Source: Paraphysomonas bandaiensis
Lineage: Eukaryota > Protista > Chrysophyceae
Assembly (NCBI GenBank): GCA_965644295.1
Contig: CBFFRP010000171.1
Span: forward strand, 1-10,720
Direction: 5' to 3'
DNA length: 10,720 nucleotides
Within the stretch, counting starts at the first letter, position 1. Every line of letters begins with the position of its first letter. Positions 1 through 10,218 of this stretch are shown here, piece by piece. The position numbers and the translations under genes were made by a program. The notes under the pieces were generated by a model. It ran no database searches, was not told the origin of the DNA, and saw nothing but the letters and a program-made list of their open reading frames with translations.

Positions 1-2
1 GC

Positions 3-320
3 AAATAATGTCAACTTCTGTTAGTATAATATTCCTTCGGTGGTAATATCTGTCATTTATTAAGCAAATAAGTTTTGCTATTTTGTAAAATCGATTAACA
101 ACAATGTATTCTGATGTTTGTCCCTTCGGCACTGTTCTAAGCGGTCCTGTAGTAAACGTTCTGTGAGTTGCGAATATTGAATGGTTTCTATGGTGTACGA
201 GATTAGAAGTGGGCGAAGGTGTTCTTCAAAGAACGGTCAGTGAATATGTGTTGGTCTCTGTTTACTTGAATTTGGATTGTGGCAATATACAAGGGCTTCG
301 AAATGAGTATGGTTTGTGTT
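3..320 (-). pseudogene. Possible decayed ORF fragment (unidentified)
   Basis: One minus frame reads HFEALVYCHNPNSSKQRPTHIH*PFFEEHLRPLLISYTIETIQYSQLTERLLQDRLEQCRRDKHQNTLLLIDFTK*; A/C-rich strand bias. Confidence 0.3.
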
Positions 321-593
321 TCAAGAGCTGCATACATGCTGCAGTCTGTTGTCTTACTGATGCTGTCAGAAGATGTCGGCTCAATTGCGAAAGGGTGGCA
401 GCACCTGTTCAGAATAGTTTTTGTAATTTGTAAGCAATTGGTTTTTAATTAGCCATTGCTTGAAGAATACAATATAGTTTTAATGGCAGACAGAATGTCA
501 ATATCATAGTCTTTTGACCTTCTATTTATTTTTGTTCTAGACTGTATTCTATATTTCTAGATATACATATTATTTTGATGCAAGGTCTCAACG

Positions 594-626
594 CCTATTG
601 CTAAATAATCAGACATTCACTACTAT
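594..626 (+). repeat. Dispersed direct repeat, copy 1 (copy 2 at 1245-1276)
   Basis: cctattgct-N7/8-agacattcactactat; exact 16-nt core at 611-626 and 1261-1276. Both copies are preceded by tgatgc and followed by TA-rich sequence. Confidence 0.8.
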
Positions 627-1244
627 ACATATTATACCCTCAATAAAGTCGACTTGCACCTATTCGTGGTGGTTTGGGGATAAGTACCTGACATATTTCT
701 CCGAGAAACTAACGTGAGCAGAATATATAGTCAGCAGATATTAATTGTTCTGCCCACTCATATTATAGCCATAATATGCTTGTGTGGTACAAGAGACACA
801 AATAACAAATAATAAGTGTCACTTGTGTAGAGACGTCTTTGGGCCCCTGTGACGAATAAGCAGGCATCCATGACTGAGCCCATTAAAAGAGCATCCGGGA
901 TACGGGGATGCATACTGAAGTCAAGCATCTGGACTGTTCACCCTAAGGACTCAGAAATCCTGAAGTCAGCAGAGGTCGGGTATATACAAACATCGTGCTT
1001 GCTCACTGCGTTTGCTTTGATTGATAGAGAAAAAGAGGTTGCACATTAATGCTTGTGGTGACGCACAAGCAGCTTTCGTGGGGTTAGATATAGCAGGATA
1101 AGTCTGTGGCAAGACCAACTGGTTTGACCAGATATTGAGTGCTTATAGTGTTATATATGTACATAATGTGATTAGAGTCTATATATCAGAGTTAAGCACT
1201 AGTTAGTTAAATTACAATGCTAACGTAGTTCTGATGCTTAAACT

Positions 1245-1276
1245 CCTATTGCTCATAACAAGACATTCACTACTAT
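1245..1276 (+). repeat. Dispersed direct repeat, copy 2
   Basis: Matches 594-626. Confidence 0.8.
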
Positions 1277-1490
1277 TATATATATATATTTTAATATATA
1301 TGCGTAGGCTATAATATTATTATATTATTTAAGCGGAATTAGTGGAGAATACTGAAGTAGTGCATTTTAAGAAAACTTTATATTATATATATTATCAAGA
1401 GTTTACTGTCAATACGATATATATTATATATAATATATATATTATTATATAAAGGAGGATACAACACAATATATTATATACTATTTTTGA
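1274..1490. repeat. AT-rich low-complexity tract with (TA)n/TATTATA runs
   Basis: Multiple tatatattatat runs at 1274-1330 and 1378-1482. Confidence 0.8.
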
Positions 1491-1664
1491 TAGAAATGTC
1501 CAAATTTGCCAGTGAAGTGGGATCACTAGTTCCCAAGTGCAGATCAACTTATAACAATAATGAGCTAACATAGGGAAAACAACTCCTTCCCCACAACACC
1601 CAATCTCAAAATAGACCTCTACACATATATAAGCAGAGATTAACGCATCTTTCCACCTTCATGT

Positions 1665-2267
1665 ATGTCCAACAAAGAGGCATTTCCCCCCGACAGAGTA
1701 CCCCTCTACTGCTGGAAGAAGAGTGCATCCCTTTTCCTGCATACACTGGCCACATACCACAAAGGGCAAAACTCCAACCATCACTTGATACAGAGAATAC
1801 TAAACAACCGTACAAAAACCAAGCACGGTATAGCCTGGCTTAAGTTTCATGCTCCGACTGCAATCATCACATTTATTTCGTAAAAACACATGCTTCTCGA
1901 CCGTTCAAACCGTAAGGTTTCTCAAGTACGTGAGTTAGCCTTCCAGTTACACAAAGAAGCTATTCATTATTTGGCTAGATTTATAGTAACCAAATTGGAT
2001 CACCGCCACTTGCGAAATCTCTAGCTTCGCATGAAACATTTCCTGAGGTTGAACGTTTCTGGTCGAAAACTATATCACCGAAAAACAACTAACCTCGGCA
2101 TGTGGTCAACAGATAGTTCGAACGTTTCCTCTCACAAGTTCCATACCTGCGAGACTGCTGTTGTCAAAATCATACGACCATTACTCGCAGCTGGCAATAA
2201 ACTAAACATCAACCAAGGCCAAATACACATCCTCAGTCAACTCGCTCCCTCTCACAATCACGCATGA
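1665..2267 (+). pseudogene. Decayed ORF, possibly a retroelement fragment
   Basis: ORFs 1665-1883 and 2031-2267 share a frame. The ~200-codon stretch is broken only by TAA 1881-1883 and TAG 2022-2024. The strand is A/C-rich and the product basic and His-rich, with no recognisable catalytic motif. Confidence 0.5.
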
Positions 2268-2521
2268 CAAAACCTCTCAAGCGACCACACGTATTAAGAC
2301 TCTTCGGCATCCATATAGAAAACCATCATGGTAACACACACCCTGCTACACTCCCTGCCGTTGTTCCATCCTACTCTTGACCAAAAAGTTTTTGAAATTT
2401 AATATATATTTTAAACGTTGATTTTATCAGGATTCCATTTGATAATAAGCATTGTATTCTTTTGACACAAGGTTAGCTCTGTATTATACATATACAAGCA
2501 TCACAAGACCATAGTTGATAT

Positions 2522-2610
2522 CAGGGCCTGGTAACCGTTAATGGTAATGCCATTATAATTGCCGGGAACTGCACTACCATTAATGGGCCATTAATGGTTA
2601 TCAGGCCCTG
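2522..2610. mobile_element. 89-bp non-autonomous hAT-type MITE
   Basis: 23-bp TIRs cagggcctggtaaccgttaatgg / ccattaatggttatcaggccctg (21/23 match) and a perfect 8-bp TSD GTTGATAT at 2514-2521 and 2611-2618. CAGGG ends with an 8-bp TSD are hAT hallmarks. Confidence 0.92.
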
Positions 2611-2998
2611 GTTGATATCGCAGTTTTTATAGGACATCACGAGAAGGATATAAGTGTGTCATGACAGTGCCAGATATGGCGACAAAGGGACTCTGGGCAT
2701 GTCCACTCAGGACCAGAAATCGAGCGAAGGACTGAACAAAATTAATGATTGGGTGGAGTGCAAACTCTCCGAGTACCGTGATTGCTACAATATACATCAT
2801 GCTGATGGGGGGTTTACTTTTCAAGTTCTCTAAGAGCCAATATGTCACGAATGAAATCACCCTACTAAACGTTAGGAATAAATGAAGCAGTGAACTGGAT
2901 GTAACCGATATTCTTTATGTATTACGCACTTATGAACGACTACTACATTGTTCGCAGCTACCTCTATAATGTCAATCTTAACTCAGAATACGGTATTT

Positions 2999-5900
2999 TC
3001 AGTCAAATGTGTAGCACACAACACTTGAATGGTTTTCTTTTGATACAAAAGTTGTAACACTTGAATCGAAATCAAATACAGCCCCACAAAGTTTGCTAAA
3101 CAGATCAATATCTATTAAGCTAACGACCCAAGGAAATCGCCTTCGAATAAGACTCGACACTTTGTCTTCCATTACTTTCACCCGCTCAGCTTCAATCCCA
3201 CAAAAACCTTCGGCAGCTGCTTGAGAGGTACATGAAATGAATATGCCAACCGTTAAGACGAGTCGTGATATCAGAGATAGATTTATTCGCCTCGAGGGGT
3301 TCCGACAAAGCGGGGACGTTGCGGTTCCAATGTCAGCTGAAGCCGAGTCTCCAGAAATAGATTCCGGATCAATGCATACAGATACACATTTACCGCTCTG
3401 TATTTCTGAAAGGCTATAACGAAGAGCTGCCACTACAACTCTTGTAATCTGATCAATTTCCATATCATCGTGCAAAAAACAGTGGTGTTGAGTATTCGAG
3501 AGGAATGCTTTGCAGTACGTTCCTCTAGAAAAGGTGCACTTATTACTGAGCGCTTCTTTGCTGTCATTCGAAGAGAGATAACGCGAGATGAATCGTCCGA
3601 TACGAACAACACTCACACAGTCACTACTATTTCTAATGTATACAGATGATCCTTTCTCGAACAAAGTAACAGAATATTCCGTGTCTAACGACAAACGCGA
3701 CAGAGATACGCTCCTACCTAGCCTATCTGTCATCAGTAAGTAGGAAAGGGGCGGCAATGAGGACGCGAAAGCGCTGCGAATGGATTTCACAGTCATACGG
3801 GTAACTGCCATGCTGCCATGTTTCTGTACACTATCAGGCGTCGACGCCACAAGGGCATCCACTGATGATACAAGTTCATCTAAAGTGGATATTCCTGGCA
3901 ATTTCTTCCGCATGCATTGATGAAGCCACGATGTCGAATGAGTTACACCACCTCCACTGAAAGGAGAAAACATTGACGGTTGATGCTCGGATTCAAATCT
4001 ATCGTCTCTACTGGGATGAGCAATAGGAACTGAAAACATACATCCTATGCTGAATGAAACATATGACCCCACTAACCACGATCCCTCGCAGGTATACGCA
4101 GTATCGTTCTGAGGTTTTTGTTGTACACTACTAATAGATGTTGTTCTGGACTGATGACCCAATGATAGTTCATCGGCTCCAAATATATTACTCACTGAAG
4201 TGTCGGAGTCCACATTTTCAGCGCCAGTAGGTCTCGCCCTCGCTTGAGTTGATAGATCTTTGTTCGCAAAGCGATACGGCAGAAGCCGTTTAATTATATT
4301 GTGTACGCTGCTCTCCAGTGTGGCCAATGCAGTTCGATGCTTAGGAATTTGCTTTAGTGTACCGTCAATCAATTCCGAAATTATCTTTAGTGATGATCCC
4401 ATTGAAGGAAGATCGACATCCACTCCATAAGCAGTAAGCTCTGCACTAATATCAGGTGGGTTATACCTTTCCATACATAGCATGCAAAACATTTCCGTCC
4501 ATGACATATCTTGAAACAAAAAACGTCCAGTTGAGAGCTCGAAGAGAAGACATCCCAGTGACCAAATATCACATCCGTATGTTGGCCTTTCTGTGCTGAC
4601 TCGAACTTGCTTGCTTTTAATTCCCTGACAACTTTCATTGATGCATAGCATTTCGGGACTTTGTATCGGCAATGTACCCCTGCTTCGTGTTTTCATGCTA
4701 TGCCCAAAGTCGCTACCAGAAATATGTAACGACTCTCCAAAGTCGCCTAGAAACACACGGCCCGATAACTTATTCTTTAACACTGCATCTATCATGATAT
4801 CTAACCGAGGTTCATCGCGCACTATGAAGTTGCTGCATTTGATATCATAATGAACTATATGCTCCGCATGAACAGAGCGAACTATTGATACACATTCCGC
4901 GTATACACATAAAAAAAGGATAAACTCATCCACTACACCCATAGCGCTATTTATATCTTTCGGCAGATCCCTGTGACTATCTACTAGCATACGCATCGTC
5001 CAATCTTTCAAATCGTATTTTCCTTGCTCCATAACAATCCAGTACTCACTCTCATGGATTCCAAAGTTCAGAATGTCGCACACACCTTTATTTTTGGAAA
5101 GGCTCTCCAAGCACGACACCTCAGAAAATACGTCAAATATAACAGGCGGGTCATGTAAAGAGCGCTCTCGAGTAATTCGTTTGACAGCATAATCTTTGTC
5201 TTTTCCTGGAAGCAAAGCCAATCGACACTCTGCCGGACATCTTACTTTGTATACGCTCCCAAAAGCTCCAGAGGATATTTTATTGTTTTCGCGTATGTGT
5301 AGTGGCAAGCATGACACAGAAAAAAAAATCGGTGACGACAGCTTTAACAGACGCACTGCCGTAGGACCAATATACGATGCTGTCGACATCATATGCGCAG
5401 GTGAAAGTTCAGACAACCCAAGCGACAAGTACTCACGCACTCCAAACAGTAATTCCTGGACAAGATTATCGGAACTGGCCCCGCCCATAGAGTCATCGAA
5501 AATATCACCCTCGTGTGACACTTGCGACTCAACTCGCGACGGAGTACTCATCGACCTCGCTGGTGTACCTATCCCCTCAGATTTTGACACTTGAATAGAT
5601 GATGGTATTAGTTTCTGCATATCTGTGTGGGTCTCAGGCAGTTCACAGAGCGCGCGATATATGAGGATGTTCACAATAACCTCATAAGTGCAGCACAATT
5701 CATTCATGACTGTCATTTCCTTGGAGACATCGCTCACAGCCACTTGAATAAGTTTCAGTGCATCTTGGCTTGATTGCGAATTCGACATGTGAATGAGCGA
5801 CAATAGCGAATTGCTTGATGAATAAGAAGGCAGGCGACTTGACTTAGGCAAACCATATCCCGACGAGCGCCGCGTTGACCAACCAGCTGAGTCACGCCAA

Positions 5901-8900
5901 GACTCCACTCTCGTCAGGGTGCTGGATGAATCATCTCTCGCAAAATCGCCAACGAGCTTGTCCACTGTACCCCTAGGAGACAAATCGTTTCTACTGTCAT
6001 CAGCATATTCCTCAAAAATATTCTGCTTTGATGACTCTCGCAGTAAAGATCCCGAAAGTGAACCTCCGGCTCCATGATCCACTGATGAGGACAAATCTAA
6101 ATTTTCAAGGTGCATACGAGGTACAACAACACCAGACTTTGATTGCGACTGAATAATTGGAGGGGTACCGCCACGTGGACGCTCAGCAGATATATCTGTG
6201 CTACTCGGCCTACTCAAAACCAAAGGAATTTGAAATATATTGCAATCGTCATCATCATCTTCAAAACTAGCGTCCAGGTTGTCATCTATACTGACAACGG
6301 ACTGAAACGATGCTTCACGCCTCGTTTTGGTGAGTTGTATTGGGGATGACTTCGGAGACGTGATAGAATTCGGCTTTGTGCAATTTTGAGAAATCAATAC
6401 TTCTCTCGGAATGGACGACGCAGTTGGAGAGGGACTACTAAACGTCATCGATACTTCACTTCCAACAGGAGTAAATGCATTGGCCTGCGTCAAAGCTCCT
6501 GTCGCATTTGGTGGCGTCGTGACCTGCACAGCAATACCACTTCTTGTGTTGGCGTGGGCACGATCTAATCGCTCCAAGAGCTTATCTTCATCGTCCTCTC
6601 TCTCTCCGTCTTTAGATATGTTCGAATGCTTCCTGTCACTTCCTATGTCTTTATGAGCAACCTTAGAAAATTCACGCAAAATATCTTTGGGATCCTGACT
6701 CAGACGAGGAGAAGGGTCCACCCGAGCAGTGGAAATGCGACTGGAAACTCTGCTGCGATTCTTTGTCATACGTATGTCACTCGGGGGTACACCTTCCCTA
6801 GTATCACCATCAGTAAAGAGAATAGTATAGGTGAATGTCACAGATAGCTTCGAATCAGTATTAGTCTCTATATCGGGAGCGCATAGAGCACGGCCCATCA
6901 CTGTGCCAGGAAACCATCTCTGTGATCCGTTCTGCACTGTACAAAGAGCATCCACATTGTCCCCAACAGCAAACACGCCATCTCCATTGGCTTGTGCGGC
7001 AGATTCTCTTGCCGCAATATGAGGGCTATATGCCCTACTGCCAGTACTGAATTTTCTTGGCCGAGTTGGACCCATATCAATGCTTGTATCAAGACTGCGG
7101 CAACTATTGTGTGCGCCTGTAGAAGGAGGTCGTCCAGTTACACGGCTGTTAATAGTAGTCGACATCTGTGTCAAACGAACCACAAAGTTGTTTTTCTTCA
7201 CCCAAGACTCGCTGAATTTCGTCAAATGCTAAATGCATGACAAAGGTTACAATATACCAGAATAAAAAATTGACGACATTAGACGTACACAGTGTGTATT
7301 ATACCTCAGCCAACTCAACGAATATATAGTCCAGAGTCGGAGTAAAGAGCCTTGTCTGTACTCCAGCAGCTCCTTGTTTATGATGAGGAGTTACAGTGAG
7401 AAGACATAAGAACAAGAGCTCCCCAAGCAATGACGACAAACACTTGAGTTTGTATGAAGCTGTAGGTTGAAGGGAGACCATTAGGGCCTCGTGAAACGCT
7501 GCTGTCCATTCACTCTGACGAGGTAAGGCGTGGCTTTACATAGTTTAAGGATGGAAATAGATTGATAGTACAGCAGGTTACCTGACAGATAACATCGTTG
7601 ACGCTGAAAAATCTCCACACATGGAACCATTGATTAGAAATTGAAATCCTACCAGAACATATGACAGTCTGCTCCACATCGGTAACCCAGAAGCTCCGCG
7701 AGACTTTCGTTGTTGCCGTTGAGTACAAGGTTTTAGGACTTGGGATTCACTATGAGAACGATGCGATGGTGACGCAGAACCAGGTGTCGTTTTGAGTTGA
7801 GGTGAATGGATGAGAGCCGAGAGTTCTTGTGGAGACGGGGTGGTGGTTGACAGCAAACGGTAAACGGCAGAAGAACACATGCGGGCTACAGCAACTCGCA
7901 GTACTCCAGTTAATAATGATTCCGATATAGTATTCAAGCAGGTGTCACACGCTGTCCAGAATGCCATAACTGGCGGCGCTGCATAAGGAAGGCCATATAT
8001 ATCTCGCATTAGCATTACAATAACAGAAACAGACTGCAACGCCTTAGAAATAGACTGTACCCGTATCTCATAGGCCTTGTCATTCGGATCCACATTATTG
8101 TCTATCGTCTTGCTGTCCTGGGCAGCTAAGTTTACACATGTCTGGGATATTGTTTGGGTTGACGTAATACATTCTAATAGCTGTGACGCTCGAGCGCTAG
8201 CCTGACACCACACAACCCTGGTCTGGTCATCATTGAACTCTATATGGGGCGAGAGAATGTGTAAGGCAGTGAACAGTCCTGTCAGCGCACATATCACATT
8301 CGTTTCAAATGTCATCTGCATGGATACAATTAACAATCTTTCAAGGGTCATGTCCTACGAAAATATACGATTAAATACGAAGTATATTTCACAATTGCAC
8401 TTACCAGTATGCTTCCTATCTCATCGCCAAGTGACAATGGCATAGGATCCAACGATTCTTTAAGCAGTTTGTGAATTCCTTCTAGAAGGTATTTCAATTG
8501 GATTATAACATCCAAAACAGGGTATGGCGACGGTAACTCATGGAATTTGAGATTACGCATTCTAAGAAATTCTAGTAAACAGGAGTATCGACTATGACAA
8601 GTAAACTCCGATAAAGAAATGTGTGCAACAGATGTTGGCTCATGACAGCGATTGAATGGCGATTTAACAGTACTGTGGACAGATATTTCGATGCCCAGAG
8701 ACGCCAGAAATGTGATATCGTTAGGATCAGAATTAGTGACAGCTTCGCCGTTGATGCCGTTAAATCCACCCCCTTTACTTTCAATATTCCGGTTACTTGG
8801 AGACTTTTCAGACGAATAAATATCATCTGTTTCAGATAAGTAAGGAATTATCTTGCTCTTCCCCGAGAATGAGGCTATGCGACTACGCAACCGTGCTTGA

Positions 8901-8923
8901 ATTCGCCGAAATATGTTTTCCAT
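2999..8923 (-). CDS. Large spliced Ser/Thr protein kinase (~1916 aa); exons 8923-8405, 8354-7582, 7533-7305, 7228-2999
   Basis: ORFs 8348-8923, 7578-8351, 7299-7481 and 2999-7225 join in frame across three GT-AG introns (..GSIL|DMTLE.., ..LSV-S-HALPRQSEW.., ..LAE|HLTKF..), 5751 nt in total. Kinase motifs: ISSGAFGSVY, YAVK, HYDIKCSN, DFG, GTLPIQSPE, DIWSLG. The true start is uncertain; 8923 is the first ATG after an in-frame TGA. Confidence 0.9.
4300..5278 (-). other. Protein kinase catalytic domain (non-RD)
   Basis: Subdomains are in order: Gly-loop SSGAFGSV, AVK lysine, alphaC Glu (SEVSCL), HYDIKCSN, LGDFGES, SPE, CDIWSLGCLLFEL, terminal PKHR. Confidence 0.95.
6770..6973 (-). other. Tudor/Agenet-like domain within the kinase
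   Basis: FAVGDNVDA...RWFPGTV...TYTILFTDGDTREGVPPSDIR fits the Tudor-fold pattern F-x-x-G-D-x-V-x-A..W-(Y/F)-x-G-x-V..Y-x-I-x-F-x-D-G..E-x-V..I-R. Confidence 0.75.
7229..7304 (-). other. Spliceosomal intron, 76 nt
   Basis: Minus strand GAG|GTATAA...catttAG|CAT TTG, T-rich, phase 0; it explains why the 1408-aa ORF appears to start at TTG. Confidence 0.88.
7534..7581 (-). other. Spliceosomal intron, 48 nt
   Basis: Minus strand AG|GTAACC...tgtaaAG|C, phase 2. The AAG acceptor keeps the frame; the nearby CAG leads to a stop. Confidence 0.7.
8355..8404 (-). other. Spliceosomal intron, 50 nt
   Basis: Minus strand GTAAGT...ttttcgTAG, AT-rich, phase 0; removal fuses two ORFs in frame. Confidence 0.9.
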
Positions 8924-9300
8924 CAGGTCAGTTCATCCGGTGCACAGTGCATCAAACTATTCAAATATCTGTCGGATCATATCCGGCACAGCCGCTATGC
9001 CACATCCGATACGAATAACAAGCATTCATACTATGAACACAAGACTAAACCATATATCGAGAGTATAGAACACAAGAGTGCGCTCTGCTGTTATACACTG
9101 CAACTCACCAGACGAGGACGTACAGAACGGTACTACAGGTACACACATTCTTGCCATAGGTCCATTTGAGTATAGGGTATACCTGGATACCGTATACCGG
9201 TATACTGCTATATACCAAACAGCCTACGTACGAGTGATGACAATTCGCTGTAGAGAACAAAAATATCACCAATTTCTACAGCATATATATAGGTTTTTTG
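8924..9300 (-). pseudogene. Probable decayed 5' exons of the kinase gene, with a relic 78-nt intron at 9031-9108
   Basis: GTGAGT...ttcaTAG intron of typical size. The phase-0 join reads ..DLWQECVYL*YRSVRPRL|YECLLFVSDVA*RLCRI*SDRYLNSLMHCAPDEL and needs a 5-nt deletion (CTGAC, 8927-8931) to enter MENIFRR. All three minus frames contain stops. Confidence 0.45.
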
Positions 9301-9317
9301 AAGCTCATGCCACTGCC

Positions 9318-9353
9318 GGTCAAAACCATGTCATTGGTCAAAACCGTGTCGTT
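9318..9353 (+). repeat. 18-bp tandem duplication
   Basis: ggtcaaaaccatgtcatt / ggtcaaaaccgtgtcgtt, 16/18 identical; both differences are A/G transitions that give CpG in the second copy. Confidence 0.85.
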
Positions 9354-9715
9354 CCCTTTTTTCAGTTTCTCTATTCAGTTTGTATTTTGAGTGATTATTA
9401 TGATCATATCCAACTTTGTCACTCCGTATCTCCACTGATACAAAACCATCCACACCTATCAGCATATCCTCATGTTTATCTTGCTCTGCTCTTCCAAATT
9501 ATCCAAATTCTTGTGGGGTTTGAGCTAAATACTGCTCCGTTCTGTCCCTCGCATTTCACCTCTCCCGCAACTGATATTCCACGATCCCAACCAACAGAGA
9601 CAGACTTTTAGTGATGGGAAATGGTGTGAATGATGGGTGTTTTGAAAGTGGCGACATCTTACATCTGCTTGTCACCTCCCGTATGTTTCATTGTTGTGAA
9701 TGTCACACTTATAGA

Positions 9716-10100
9716 TCTCTCTGTCGCATGTGTACTGCACATATACACGTCTTAATTATACATACATTGCACAAACGTATGCATATATGTGCTATATATG
9801 TACTGCGCACACATATATGTGCGAATTATATGTATATGTTACATATATAAGTCTCTGTTACATACATGCTGCCCATATATATATATATGTGTGAGTCTCT
9901 GCCACAAATGTACTGCATATATATATATGTGCCATATGAATACTTCACACAAATACACGTCTGTGACACATATATACTTCAAACATCTATGTATGTATGT
10001 CATATATAAACTGCAAGCTTATATATGTCTCTGTTACATATGATGTGCGATATGTAGATATGTCATGTCTATGTTATATGTACACTGCACACATAAAGTG
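9716..10100. repeat. Degenerate subtelomeric minisatellite, ~32-36 bp unit, about 11 copies
   Basis: Recurring GTCTCTGTYACATATGTACTGCACATATAT-like units, for example at about 9716, 9851, 9895, 9959, 10027 and 10067. Confidence 0.75.
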
Positions 10101-10105
10101 TATAT

Positions 10106-10215
10106 CAGGGCTAGGGAACAATATATTGCAATACTATTGTGACGTATCGTCCCACCAATACCTAGTTCAATTGTATTTTAAGAGTCTATTGATACTATTA
10201 CAATGTATTGCAATA
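10106..10215. mobile_element. Probable hAT-like MITE left arm truncated by the telomere
   Basis: Starts CAGGGCTAGG (the MITE at 2522 starts CAGGGCCTGG). Carries repeated palindromic motifs caatatattgcaata 10119-10133 and caatgtattgcaata 10201-10215. No right TIR or TSD. Confidence 0.5.
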
Positions 10216-10218
10216 AGG

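Noticed and set aside
2627-2860. 77-aa hydrophobic minus ORF preceded by a CTAAC..TAG acceptor-like signal
   Set aside because: It could be an orphan exon, but there is no convincing donor, ATG or recognisable product.
6820-6829. 10-nt reverse-complement match to the short telomere insert
   Set aside because: Too short and AT-rich to assign as the donor.
3237-7240. Many short plus-strand and alternate-frame ORFs overlapping the kinase exon
   Set aside because: Antisense or frame shadows of a long coding exon, with no independent motifs.
7481-7486. Isolated TTAGGG inside the gene
   Set aside because: A single hexamer is expected by chance.
8924-9300. Alternative genetic code or stop-codon reassignment
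   Set aside because: About 1900 codons of the same gene contain no in-frame TAA, TAG or TGA, so the standard code fits and the stops are local lesions.
9078-9611. 177-aa plus-strand ORF starting at GTG
   Set aside because: No domain similarity is visible, it crosses unrelated sequence blocks, and it starts at a non-ATG codon in a eukaryote.
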